Source: Eledone cirrhosa (lineage: Eukaryota). From it: a stretch of DNA of 64,000 bases. Made by a program: the position numbers and the translations under genes. The notes beneath the pieces were generated by a model that was not told the DNA's origin, searched no databases, and saw nothing but the letters and a program-made list of their open reading frames with translations. Within the stretch, counting starts at the first letter, position 1, and each line of letters begins with the position of its first letter. This document shows, piece by piece, positions 13,331-28,156 of the stretch. Location: contig OZ024740.1 in assembly GCA_964016885.1 (NCBI GenBank), positions 68,944,001 to 69,008,000 on the forward strand. The letters are read 5' to 3'.

Positions 13331-14899
13331 GGATTTATAAATATAGTTTCCATTTATTATATATATATATATATAATAAATGGAAACTATATTTATAAAT
13401 CCATAATTATTTTATCATATATATTTCAAGGGCAACCAAGGCAAATTTTGGAGCGGTTTAATCAGATAAAATACAAAATTTGTTTAATAAATGTTGACAT
13501 ACCCGCGAAAGAACAATATTGACGGTTGAAGGTTCTCTGGATAGTGGAAAAAAATTTTTATTTAGGGCAATTCAAAGTTATGTGTGAGTATGCAATTGAA
13601 TGTCAGAAAGAGTTGAAAAAACAACGGTTTATTTAAATTAAATTATACTGTTGGAAGAAGAGAGAGACAAAATAGAGAAAAGGAGAAAGAGAAAGAGAGA
13701 AGAAAAAAGGGAGAAGAAAAAAGAAAAAAAGAGAAAGAGAAAGACAGAAGAATTAAGAAAAAAGGGAGAAAGAAAGAGAGAAAAATTAAGGAAGAACGAG
13801 CGAAGAAATAAGCTTATCAAGGGATGAGTACGTAAATCGTAAATATATCGTTCGTTTATGCTATATTTATATTAAAAATAATGATAAATTAAAAATGTTG
13901 TTAAATTAAAAAATATATTATAATAAAGATGTGTTTAAAATATATTAAAATATATTAATATATGGGTATAGATGGGTATGTCGTGTTATAGATGACAGTT
14001 TTACGTTGGGAAAATATTGAGAATCCAGTTTTGTTTATTAGTTATTATGGGATAAGTTTGACAAAAATATATTTAGCTTGAATTTATTATCGGTTGTAAG
14101 TCAAATGTTAAATACTTTGAACAATTAGAAATATTACAACATATTACGAGAGTTTACAAAAGATTACATATTTAATTAAAATTATATACTAAAACCATTT
14201 AAAAATTCAGACTATAAAAATTAAGACTATAAATATTCAGATTATAAAAAAACTACAAAGAAGTTTTAGGAGATTTTTTAGAAAACTCAAATAGACTACA
14301 AAGGTACACAATGATCTTTTAAAAAGCTTATACACTATTCATAAATTATAATTAACATCTATGGTTATTCAAATATAAAGAAGTATTCAGAAATATTTGA
14401 AAATACTTAAACACTTAAAATATTAAAAATATTTAAAAGTGTTTAAATATTTGAAAATATAAAATCCAAAAGGTATATTAAAATATTAGTTGACCAAAAA
14501 GAATTATTTTTTATATATATAATTTTCTAAAATATAAAAACCAATTTTTTAAAGCATTTTAAAATTTTAAAAAAATTTTAAAGAGATTTTTAAAAGTTTC
14601 AAATGATCATTCCAAAAGGATTATGAGATATTTTGGGAAGTAAGATAGATAAAGGTAAACATATATTTATGAGGTAGAAATATTAGAAAGTAAAGATTTT
14701 AAGAAGTAAATTAGAGATTTAAGAAGTGTATTATATATATATTTACGAAGTAAAAGATATTAAAATTAGATTAAATTTCTGAACATATATGGATATAATT
14801 TAAGAAATGAGATTATAGGTGTTTGGACAGAGTAAACATTATGTAGGGAAGATTAAACGTGTCGGTGAATCCATACGTACATATATATATGTGTGCATG

Positions 14900-14973
<74 letters not shown>

Positions 14974-15029
14974 CTACTTTACGTCTGTATACATATATGT
15001 ATGTACGTATACATACTTACATTTTATAT

Positions 15030-17157
15030 ATATATTTAAAAGTTGAATTTAAACGATGTTTACAAGAACTAAATAAATTATTACGCAAATTAATGGAGTT
15101 CTTACATTTAAGTATAAAGAATATTTCTTCAACACATAAGTTGCAAACTTTGGATAAAGCTGTGTTTTTGTAGGCAGGAGCTTCAGGAACAATTTTCCAA
15201 GATAAATAATAGTTTATATTCTTGGATTTTTAAGTTCCATAATAAGTTGGATAGACAAGTTGAAGATGTTTTACCAATATTCCTAAATGAACATTTATGG
15301 TTATTGAAACGAGATTTGAAGTCTGTAGAAGTAGAGCCAACATAGTGAAAGAAATTATCATTAGTTTTGACATTGCATTTATAAACCACATTTTTAACTA
15401 AACAGTTATTTTTTAAAGGACAGTTATATTTAAATCTACAATTACAATTATCAGAATTTAAATTATTGGGAACAGTATTATTATATTGGATATCGCTAGA
15501 TCTATTGATGCTAATCAGGTTAAGGTTTAGATTTCTATTATTGATTCCATTTATATTCTGTACTAAATGCATAGTAGTAGAGTATGATAATTTAATTGTA
15601 TGTCTGATAAAGATTAAATAATATCTGTGTCTTGGGAAAACAATTATCAAGAGCTTTAAAAAATAGTTTAGCTAAAAGTGTTTTAATACTTATTGAGAAA
15701 GGGGGAGCGTACCAAAGTATGTTTCTAGTTCTATTTCTTCTTTTAGTTTTAGAGTTTGTGCTAGATTTCTTATTATAATTATTGTCGATTTAATTTCATT
15801 ATTATAGCCTACTCTATTTAAAGTTTCGTTATAATATTGTGCCTTATCTTCAAATATATTTTTATTCGCTGAGATTCTAGAAATACGTTGCTGTACGGAA
15901 TTTACGATGGTGTTCTTAACAGATCTAGGGTGATTAGAGTTAACATAAGTTAACATAAGTTAACATAATTTAAATTCTCATTGACTTTATGAAATGGATA
16001 GTATAGCCCAGTATTAAGGTTTAATGTTACATCTAAAAGTTACCTATTTTATAATTATTCTCTATTTCTAACTTAAGATTAAAGCTATTAAAAAATTGTA
16101 TTATTGATTTTCTTTTTCAATTGATTTCCCAATTATTATTATTTTCAATTATTTTCAATAAACCACCGGTCATCTCCGGTAGTTTTCTATGTAATGCATT
16201 GTTAATAAAAAGCCTCACAATCCGTTAATTGCGCCGTCCGATGACCCCATAGTGATAATGAAATTGTTATCCCTATCTGCTCTAGTCCAAATATGGTTGT
16301 TAAATTTAATTAAGGTTTTATGTGCAGTTAAAATGATATGCATTTCATCGCTAGATAGATCAGTATATTTAGATGCATATATAAGGGATTTATTAAGTAA
16401 ATTAGGAGTGATAGATGAGTAGTAATTAGCACTATCCAATTGAATGAATTTTTTGTTATGCTTATATTTTATGTCCTTAAACCAATCTATAACTTCATCA
16501 GTCCCATTCCATAATTTTAAGTAAGATATTTCTTTAGGTTGTGGTATGATTCTAACTAATATGTGTTTACTAACTATGTCATATCTGATTTAGATGGTGC
16601 TATAAGTCTAGCTGGTAATTCTATTTCAAAGTTTCTTTTGTGGTCTTACAAATTAATTTTTGGTGTTCTAGGTATAAAGGTTTCAGTCCTATTTTCGATG
16701 CCTAATTTTTGGATTATATTAGAAGCTTCTCTATTTAGCCTTTCAAGGTCGTCATTGGTTGCTCTCTTGTAGTTTTTCCTTTTGCGTTCCATATAGATTG
16801 TTGGTTTTGTCAGATTTAACACGAATTCTTTCAGTTCTTTCAATATTTTCTATATTATTCTTAAGGCCTTTAAGGTATTCCTGGCCTATAAATTGCTTTA
16901 ATGTTTTGTATGGTTGAAATAATTTCATTTTCAAGTTCCATTAATAATTTGTTGCTAGGTGGATTTTTCTTGGATTTGAAAATCATATCGAAGTTGGATT
17001 TATTTGGTTTTTCAACTGATTTTCTATCGAAATGAAAAGCACGCCATCTGCGTCTTCTTATAAAGAAGTCCGATTTCTCAATACGTTGTTTAAGATAGTC
17101 CTTATTTCTAGGTAAATGTATGTCTTTTAAAGAAGAAGAGATCTTAAAGAATTCCAT
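15030..17157 (-). pseudogene. Naiad-type PLE RT-GIY-YIG ORF (frameshifted)
   Basis: MEFFKISSSLKDIHLP..RRRRWRAFHFD, KSDKTNNLY, DSANYYSSI, TMGSSDGA, CNCRFKYNCPLKNNCL..NVVYKC..YVGSTSTDFKSRFNNH, CNLCVEE. Confidence 0.85.
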
Positions 17158-17656
17158 TATTTAATTATCAGTTATAATTTAAAGTGCTCAGCAATAAAGG
17201 AGCTAAATATATGCACAAGTTGTATTTAATTTATTGGGATTCAACAAGCTTAAAATGTTATAACTGAATAAAGCACTCAAAAGTTTACTGGAGTAAATAT
17301 TCAATATATAAATAAATGGAAACTATATTTATAAAACCATAATTATTTTATCATATATAATTCAAGGGCAAACAAGCAAATTTTGGTGCGCTTTCTTCAG
17401 ATAAAATACAAAATTTGTTTCATAAATGTTGACATACCCGCGGAAGAAAACCTTGACGGTTGAAGGTTCTCTGGTTCCAACAGTATAATTTAATTGAAAT
17501 AAACCGTTGTTTTTTCAACTCTTTCTGACATTCATTTGCATACTCACACATAACTTTGAATTACCCTAAATAAAAAATTGTTTCCACTATCCAGAGAACC
17601 TTCAACCGTCAAGGTTGTTCTTCCGCCGGTATGTCAATATTTATAAAACAAATTTG

Positions 17657-17722
17657 TATTTTATCTGATGAACGCGCAACAAAATTTGCCTTGGTTGCCC
17701 TTGAAATATATATAATAAAATA
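17657..17722 (+). ncRNA. Type I hammerhead motif in the inverted pLTR
   Basis: TATTTTAT-CTGATGA-ACGCGCAAC..GTTGCCCTT-GAAA-TATATA-TA-ATAAAATA. Degenerate sister copies at about 13408-13473 and 17344-17408 (minus). Confidence 0.7.
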
Positions 17723-17921
17723 ATTATGGTTTTATAAATATAGTCTCCATTTAATAATATATTGAATATTTACTCCAGTAATATGTTGAGATGTTTTATA
17801 TCATTTATAAAACTTTTAAGCTTGTTGAATCCCAACAAATTAGATATAACTTTTGCATATATATATATAGATATAAATATAATAATATATAAGATCAAAA
17901 GATGGTTAAAAGAGTTCCATG

Positions 17922-17992
17922 TATTTTATTATGCGCATTTCAAAAACAAATATCATCATGCAATAACATTTGCGTTTTCGTCAGATAAAATA
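17922..17992 (-). ncRNA. Type I hammerhead motif (family A), intact core
   Basis: TATTTTAT-CTGACGA-stem II-GAAA-TGCGCA-TA-ATAAAATA. Confidence 0.75.
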
Positions 17993-18152
17993 GGGAGACA
18001 TGATATGAAGTTTAAAACACACTTGTGAATATTGCAGTTTTAAATCAACATATGATTATATATTATTATTTATACTCCAGTCCTACAAACTGTAGAGTGC
18101 TACTTATCCGATATCTGTATTGATTTATTGTACTACAATAAAACCCACCTCC

Positions 18153-19231
<1,079 letters not shown>

Positions 19232-19692
19232 TTAAACAGCATGTAGAAACGTTACCAAATATATCGTCAACCATACACAATTAGGCATACATTTATAGTT
19301 GGAAGAAATGGGTACATACCGTAATTATATACCTGCCTTGGTTTCATTATATATATATATATATATATATAATGAAGGAAGTGTGGTAAGGAAACAAGTG
19401 GACCATAACGCACTAGTGTACTCGATACTGAGGGTAGTAGAGTGGATAATAAGGAAGGCGTCAGCACCCCCACGGCTGAGCTTCGCCCGTTTCCACAACA
19501 AGAGCCAGCTGTTGAAAAAGCGAAACATAACGCAAATTCCGAGTCATGCTGGCAAGCGCTCCATAGTCTAAACGACTAGAGCAATAAACATAGGTTAAAA
19601 GGCCATACAGACTGAGAAGGCGGTCAAGAATCTATAGACCACCTAAGCCAAAAAACAAGTCAAGCTAAACAGGTCAGACAAAATAAATGACA

Positions 19693-19764
<72 letters not shown>

Positions 19765-20009
19765 TAAATATATATATAACAAACCTGTTATACATATATG
19801 TATAAAGTCGGGTTCCTGACTATTTTCCTGATAATTTCTCACGAATGAAACAGTTCTAGTCCTGAAGAAGCTCTTCTATATTAAAACTCTGCTATGATTT
19901 GAGTACCTTACTTACTGTGGTTACCTCCGATTCAACCCGGAATAATTTATATATATATTTGTATAAAGTTCTATTTATATATATTTAATGTTCTATATAT
20001 ATATAAAGT

Positions 20010-20046
<37 letters not shown>

Positions 20047-20348
20047 TGTTATACTTTGGAAGGGTCATGTTGCCAATAAGAAACACACGCACCAGTTGTT
20101 TTCACTTCAATTTATTATATATTTATAAAATTATAAATTTACAAATTTACAAACTTATAAATTTCTGGTTGGTTGGTTGGTTCCACAACCAGATAGTTGT
20201 TTGTATATAGTCATAGTCCTTTCGTCACACACTCTGTGACCTCTTCTTATTGGCAACATGACCCTCCCAAAGTATAACAATATCGGTTTCAACACGCGAT
20301 TTCAGATAAAGAATCTTGCTAAACAAATTCAGAAACGAAATATATATT

Positions 20349-21779
20349 TATTGATTTATTGATAATTTATCTGAGTGTCCCGAATCTTCCATATCGAAAT
20401 TTTTCGGTTATTTGGTTGATTGTAGACATATTCTACGTGTGACGGTATTTTAACGATAGTTATAGCTCTGATTTATTTGAATTATAGAGCCCTCTGCCGC
20501 TCATCTCGAATTTTGTTTATCGTGAACTCGTGCGCCGATTTTTCGATACTCGATTATTCTACTATATTTAGCTCTAGACCTAGCTATTGACCAGTTAATT
20601 TTATTATTCATTTTTTGTCGATTCTATTAAATGACGAATAGCTCCTGTTTATTTTAACATGTCTATTGAGCACTCTTATTCGATATGTGTTTTTCCACAT
20701 TTTTTCCGAATATTTTTTGCGGATATAAAGGTTATCTCCCTTGCTGACATCCATGTGCGTATTTTTAGCCTGGGTTTTGTCTTTTCATCCGTTCGGACAA
20801 AAGATCGTTGAAGAAGTAACTCCAGTCCCCCGTTGTCTGTAAGTCTTATATTTTTATGTGAGCTGATAGAGGACGGTTTAAGGATTTACAGAAACCCAAG
20901 AAGCTAGATATACCATCTCTCTAGTGGGTCGGGTATGCTTTTTACATTCATTTCATTTATTGATTTATTGATAATTTATCTGAGTGTCCCGAATCTTCCA
21001 TATCGAAATTTTTCGGTTATTTGGTTGATTGTAGACATATTCTACGTGTGACGGTATTTTAACGATAGTTATAACTCTGATTTATTTGAATTATAGAGCC
21101 CTCTGCCGCTCATCTCGAATTTTGTTTATCGTGAACTCGTGCGCCGATTTTTCGATACTCGATTATTCTACTATATTTAGCTCTAGACCTAGCTATTGAC
21201 CAGTTAATTTTATTGTTCATTTTTTGTCGATTCTATTAAATGATGAATAGCTCCTGTTTATGTTAACATGTCTATTGAGCACTCTTATTCGATATGTGTT
21301 TTTCCACATTTTTTCCGAATATTTTTTGCGGATATAAAGTTTATCTCCCTTGCTGAAATCCATGTGCGTATTTTTAGCCTGGGTTTTGTCTTTTCATCCG
21401 TTCGGACAAAAGCTCGTTGAAGAAGTAACTCCAGTCCCCCGTTGTCTGTAAGTCTTATATTTTTATGTGAGCTGATAGAGGACGGTTTAAGGATTTACAG
21501 AAACCCAAGAAGCTAGATATACCATCTCTCTAGTGGGTCCGGGGTATGCTTTTTACATTCATTCCATTTATTGATTTATTGATAATTTATCTGAGTGTCC
21601 CGAATCTTCCATATCGAAATTTTTCGGTTATTTGGTTGATTGTAGACATATTCTACGTGTGACGGTATTTTAACGATAGTTATAGCTCTGATTTATTTGA
21701 ATTATAGAGCCCTCTGCCGCTCATCTCGAATTTTGTTTGTCGTGAACTCGTGCGCCGATTTTTCGATACTCGATTATTC

Positions 21780-21783
<4 letters not shown>
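20349..21783 (+). repeat. Tandem array, about 609-611 bp unit, about 2.3 copies, near-identical
   Basis: CTGAGTGTCCCGAATC recurs at 20371, 20980 and 21591. Flanked by TA runs. Confidence 0.9.
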
Positions 21784-21821
<38 letters not shown>

Positions 21822-22427
21822 CGAAACGTAACGCAAATTCCGAGTCATGCTGGCAAGCGTTCCATAGTCTAAACGACTAGAGCAATAAATATGGATTATA
21901 AAGGCCATACGAACTGAGAAGGCGGTCAAGCAGCTATAGACCACCTAATCCAAAAAACAAGTCAAGTTAAACAGGTCAGACAAAATAAATGACAATCATA
22001 TATATATATATACATATACCTATATATATATAACAAACCTGGACCCTTGCAATTGATGGTAAAATCCAGTACAGGGTTTCTGCGACACCTAAATCAATAT
22101 TACTTTCTGCTTAAAACAATAAGTCTTGGTGTAATGATCGAACAAGGAATATCACGTTATCAACAGGTATTTTGTTCTTCGCCAGTATTGTGGATGGCAC
22201 AGTGCTCCGTAAAAGCATATGTGTAATTCACAAGGGAAAAACCCAAGATTTTGTCATATAAATTCAGTATGTGTAATCATGAAAAAAATTGCAAAATCAT
22301 TCAAACAATCATGCTAAAAATTGCATAAATTGCACAAATCGAATAAGCACTCGACCGGGTAGTTTTTAAAATAAACTTATACAATTAATCTGTCAAAAGA
22401 ATTATTAACAGGTTAATTGTAAGACTC

Positions 22428-22464
<37 letters not shown>

Positions 22465-22543
22465 CAAATTTAGACGGAAACAAAACAGAGAGGCAGACAA
22501 ATGAAGGTCTATTAGGTTCACGCTCTTGAGAGTGGGGGGTGTG

Positions 22544-22631
<88 letters not shown>

Positions 22632-22637
<6 letters not shown>

Positions 22638-22981
22638 AAACGAAAATGCAACTGGAGGTTGTCTTTTCATATATGAGTGATTAAATTTCTTTTTACTTAA
22701 AAAAAGGGTGCTCACGAAGGCGTTTTTATAATAAAGGTAAGTTGATTGGTGATAAATGAAATTATGGCTGTTACGTGAACAAGTTTTCATTAAATTTAAC
22801 GCCCGTATTTGGAAATTTATTCTGTAGCCTTTTTAGAGAATTTTATGACAAGCAAAATATAATGGTCAAGAGATGGGAGAATTCTTCTGCTTCAGTGAAC
22901 ATGGTTATTTCGCTGGGGTGTCAGAGTTCAGAGTTCCTATTGAAATAAAGAAAGTAAAGATATGTATGTTTATTTGTGTGC

Positions 22982-23057
<76 letters not shown>

Positions 23058-23790
23058 TTGAATATCTTTTTACTTTAAAAAATGGGGGCTCACTCAAATT
23101 ACGTTTATTAAAAAAAAGCCTTCATGAGCTCCTTTTTTTAAGTAAAAAGAAATTCAAACACACACACAAGCACACAAATAAACATACATATCTATACTTT
23201 CTTTATTTCAATAGAAAATCTGAATTCTGACACCCCAGCAAACTAACCATATTCACTGAACCAGAACAATTCTCCCATCCCATTTCTCTTGACCATTATC
23301 TTTTGCTTGTCATAAAATGCTCTAAAAGGGCTACAGAATAAATTTCCAAATATGGGCGCGATATTTAATGAAATGTTGTTCAGGTGAAGCCATAATTTCA
23401 TTTATAACCAATCAAATTACGTTTATTAAAAAAAGCCTTCTTGTGACCCCTTTTTTAAGTAAAAAGAAATTCAAACACTCATATTTGAAAAAAACAACCT
23501 GAGCCCCCCCTCCCCTGTTTGAAGAACTTTGTAACGCGAACTAGCGCGAAATTTATTATAATTATTGACCAACAAATCAAATTACTTCTCTAAAAACCTG
23601 GCATTTCGAGCCACTTTTTTACATATAAAACAAGTAACATTCAAAGACCAACCCGATGTTAGAAGAACCACAGACCCTCCATCTCAACTCTAATTTTGAA
23701 AAGCAGAAGAACTGCGAAACCGGTAAAGAAACCGAATAAATATATATATATTTTTTTAAATAAGACTCCAGTTGCATTTTCGATTTCATC
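22632..23790. repeat. Long imperfect inverted repeat around a (GT)n core
   Basis: About 22660-22975 is the reverse complement of about 23150-23490. Outer GATGAAAACGAAAATGCAACTGGAG pairs with CTCCAGTTGCATTTTCGATTTCATC. Confidence 0.75.
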
Positions 23791-23862
23791 TTTTTTCTTC
23801 ATACTTTTACTCGTGTAGGACACCTCGGTTATTTTTCATTTTGTAAAAAACCTCACTTTCTA

Positions 23863-23972
<110 letters not shown>

Positions 23973-25839
23973 GTGTATGCGTGTGTGTATCTGTGTGTGT
24001 GTGTGGGTATGTGTGTTTGCGTAAATTTATATATAGAGAAGCAAATATAGTGAGAGAAGGAGAGGGGGAGAGGTAGAGAAACATAGTGAGTGGGATGGAA
24101 GATTGATAATAAAGATTTGATAATAAATTAGAAAGACTGTGAAGGAATTCGTTTCGAATGAAAGAAGGATTGTTTTAGAGCATGTGAGAACACAAAAACA
24201 CAAGATTGATTAATTGCGGATTTCTATTATGGCAATAATCAATAGAATTTTACAAGGGATAGCAAAGTATTATTATTGGCATCATCCAATGAAGATTAAT
24301 AGAAGTGAGACTTCATGATTTATCACTTAGTTACGTCTGGAAAAGCCCGCTGCAATTAATCATTGTTACTGACAATACATGACATGCACCTCCCTTTGCA
24401 TCGCTGCTGTTTTCCTTTTGGAAAACTCATAATTGATGCACGATTATTCCTACAAAGAAATGTTGGCATGCTTCTAGGACTAGTTGACCAACACAAGTAG
24501 CATTTTCTTGCAAAAGATCAGAATATATGTATACATGAGTCAATATATATATATATATAATGGAAAAAGTGAAGAATAACATGGTCAACAGTACAAAAAA
24601 AAGAGTTTTATTTACAGTCTGACAATTGTTTCACTGATTAAGTTGTCTAAAAATTGCTGAACACTTGAAGCAGTGCCATTCAATTTCGAATACGTTGTTA
24701 GCTTAACCATATCATCGGATATAACTGTTATAAGCCCAGTAATTTTACGAATTCAAATTACAGCATCATTAATAATATTAATAATAAAGATAGAGAGAGA
24801 AAAAAGAAAGAGGGATAGAGAAAAGAAAGAAAGAAAAAAGAAAAAGGAGAAAGGAAAACAGAAAGATATAGAGAGAAAAGAGGATAGCAAGAGGAGAGAA
24901 AAGGATAAAGAAGAAATAAAGGTAAATAAAAATAAAAATAAAGGGAAAATAATGATATTAACAATAAATGAATAAACACTTTTCTCAAACACTTTTATAT
25001 TTTTTACAAATATACCATTCTTTCTACCTTATTTCAGTATATTATACAATATTACTCATACTATCTATGTCGTTAGCGGTCCCCTAATTTTCTTCTTTTT
25101 AGTTTCTAATCTTTAATCTTTAATCTGCAACTTCTACTTCTCAATTACTTCTTAATTCACCTTATAACTCACTATAACATTTTCCTTACATTCTCGGCCA
25201 TACCAATTTTTATTTTTAATATATACTAATATTACCATTAGAGAAATTTTGTAAACATATTTTTTTGACGTTATATATTTTTTCTTCCTTGAACTTTTTC
25301 TTTGTTCTCTCTTTCCATACTCGTATTAATTCTATTATTTACTTTTTCCTACTACTATATATTCAAACAAACTTGGACCTTAATTAATTCCTAATTCATA
25401 ATTCATTTAACCTTATCTTCATTCACCTTATCTTCTTAATATATTTTATTTTAATAATACATTTTAATAAATTTCTTTTCGCACATCTTATTAAACCCTT
25501 CAAATAGTAAATCATAAGCATCACCATTCATAAACCTCATTAACTTTTAATTTTTCTCTGTGAGACAGTGTTTCTCAGTATTAAAGGTTATATATTTCTC
25601 TCTCACTCATGTTCTCCTCCTCTCTGATCCTTCCTTCTTATACTCCTCCTCCGTCATCCTTTCCTTATTATTATATATTTTTTCTTCTATCTATATTTTT
25701 TCTTCCTCTTCCTTACCTTTTCTTTCCCCCTTCCTTTCCTTTTTACCAATCTCATATATCCCTCTAATTTTATTTTTCATATGTTGATTTGACACTTCAC
25801 TGCTCGCAAGTGTTTTTTAAGCTTCATATCATGTCTCCC

Positions 25840-25910
25840 TATTTTATCTGATGAGAACGCAAATATCATCCCATGATGATATTTGTTTTTGAAATGCGCA
25901 TAATAAAATA
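25840..25910 (+). ncRNA. Type I hammerhead motif (family A), best-formed copy
   Basis: TATTTTAT-CTGATGA-GAACG CAAATATCATC ccat GATGATATTTG TTTTT-GAAA-TGCGCA-TA-ATAAAATA. Confidence 0.8.
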
Positions 25911-26045
25911 CATGGAACTCTTTTAACCATCTTTTGATTTTATATTATTTATACTCAGTCCTATAAACTGTTGAGTGCTACTTATCCGATATTTGCATTG
26001 CTTTATTGTGCTACATAAAACTCACCTCATACATTATATATATAT

Positions 26046-26137
<92 letters not shown>

Positions 26138-26139
<2 letters not shown>

Positions 26140-27975
26140 CTTTGATAACTTTGATAGGTTTCGGCCAGTATTGGCCCAGGCTATGTCTAACTTAATAGCA
26201 CCAGCTGGCGCGAAGTCTTACAAATCAGTGTTTGGGCAACATGGACTGCTCGAGTAGAGAGTTATGGTTTACGGAGGCATATCCGGGTGTAGGAGGCTTA
26301 TCCGGGATTTCTTGAAGGAATTTGTCCAAAGACTTCTTGAACTTGATGGGGTCTGTTTCTGTTTTGATGTGTTTTGTTGTAATGTTAAAGAGAGCAGGGC
26401 CAATTGAGGTGAAATAATTGTGCCGTATTGTTGTTATGAGATGCGAGTGAGATTTTTGTCGTGGGCGGATAGCACGGGGCCCAAGCCTTGGGTGTATATT
26501 AATGGTGATGCCAATATCCTTTCGTCAAATCTGATGGAATATTTTCCAAATCATGCAGATAATGTAGAGAGCTCACGGCGACGTTGGAGAGAATAAAGGT
26601 TGAGCTTTGCTAATCGTCTCCAATAGTCAAGGCCTGTCATGCGATCTATCTTTTTGTAATCGATTTTAGGGTGTTTCAACTTTCATAATACTTGTTTCGT
26701 GTGTGGAGACGACATTGGACAGCAATATTCAAGGTGGAGTCGGGCAAAAGTGGAGAAGAGAAGGATAACAGTGTGGATATATCTCGACTGGAACTTTTTG
26801 AGAATCCAGGAACACATTCTGTGGGCCATGTCAACTTTGCTGTTTATATCAGTGGCCCAGCTTATGTTGTTGTCCACAATTGCTCCCAGGCCTCTGATGT
26901 TGTTGGATGTCACTAGAGTTTCACCCGAAGGAAGAGAGTATGGTAGTTTCAGGGCATCTTTTTTTCCAAAGTGGATTAATTCAAACTAATCCCCATGATC
27001 AGCATATTATTCTTTTCTGCCCATTGGATAACTGTCAGTAGGTCTGACTGAAGGCAAATCCAGTCACCCACCTCATAGATGATCCTTTGGAGCTTGGAAT
27101 CATCTGCGAAGATTCTTATGTTGCTGTGCTTGATGATGTCAGTAACGTCATTAATGTAGATGATGAAAAGAAGTGGGCCCAACACAGTGCCTTGTGGGAC
27201 GCCACTACTGACTTGGCAGGGCTTGATTTTACTCCTTCGACTACAACATGTTGGGTTCTGTCTGTCAGGAAACATTTGATCCGCTGTAATAACTTTCCAG
27301 AGACACCAATTTTGGATAGGGTTTTCCGTAGAATCTTATGACCAACCCTGTCAAAGCCCTTGCTGAAATCAAGGTAGATGACATCAGTGTTGGAGCCCTC
27401 TCCCAAGGCTCTCAAATAATCGTCAAAGTGATGAAGGGAATGCGTTAAGCAGTCCCTTCCATTACGGAACCCTTGTTGGTTGCAGTTCAGCAGTCCGTTA
27501 CTTTCAAGAAAGTGGGTTATTCGTGATCTCACCACCCTCTCAAATGCCTTAATAATATGAGAGGTGTGTGAGATCGGATGGTAGTTCAGTGCAAGGAACT
27601 CATTTCCCTTTTTGAAGACTGGGACAGAAGGTTTTCAGGAATATAGCCAGTATCCAGTGAGTTCCACCACAGATTAGCAAGAAGAGATGCAAGTTGGTAT
27701 CGACAGGGAACCTGTCGGAGCCTACGGCTAAATTGTGTTAAATTTCGTTTATTGCCGCTAAAATATTGGGCGCCAAACGTTATGTCTGTTATAGTGTGTT
27801 GAGGTTTAACATCACTGATACAGCCCAGATCGACCATATTAGGATTGCTGAAAACAGAGCAGTATTTTTTCAGCAGTATCTCGGCCATGGTTTTGGCATT
27901 ATCTCGGAGCATGCCATTTTCATCGACTAGAGTTCCAACAGTGGAGACAGTGACCTTGTGTTTTTTAGCAAATGA
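26138..27975 (-). pseudogene. CR1-group LINE RT region and 3' end, 5'-truncated
   Basis: NQQGFRNGRDCLT, DVIYLDFSKGFDRVGH, SGVPQGTVLGPLLFIIYIND, FADDSK, RLHLEYCC. A 3' tandem ATCAAAGTT runs into (TA)n. Confidence 0.88.
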
Positions 27976-27995
27976 AAAATATTTATTAATATAAG

Positions 27996-28142
<147 letters not shown>

Positions 28143-28156
28143 TATTATATATATAT

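Larger units (their letters stand above)
13370..17860 (-). mobile_element. Near-complete degraded Naiad-type PLE with direct pseudo-LTRs and an inverted upstream pLTR
   Basis: ORF remnants span 17157 to about 15030. pLTR copies lie at 13370-13655 and 17305-17474, with an inverted copy at 17475-17860. Confidence 0.85.

Noticed and set aside
24780-24960. Lys/Glu/Arg-rich ORF (also the purine tract at 13650-13810)
   Set aside because: A low-complexity GA-rich tract in AT-rich repeat DNA with no domain signature.
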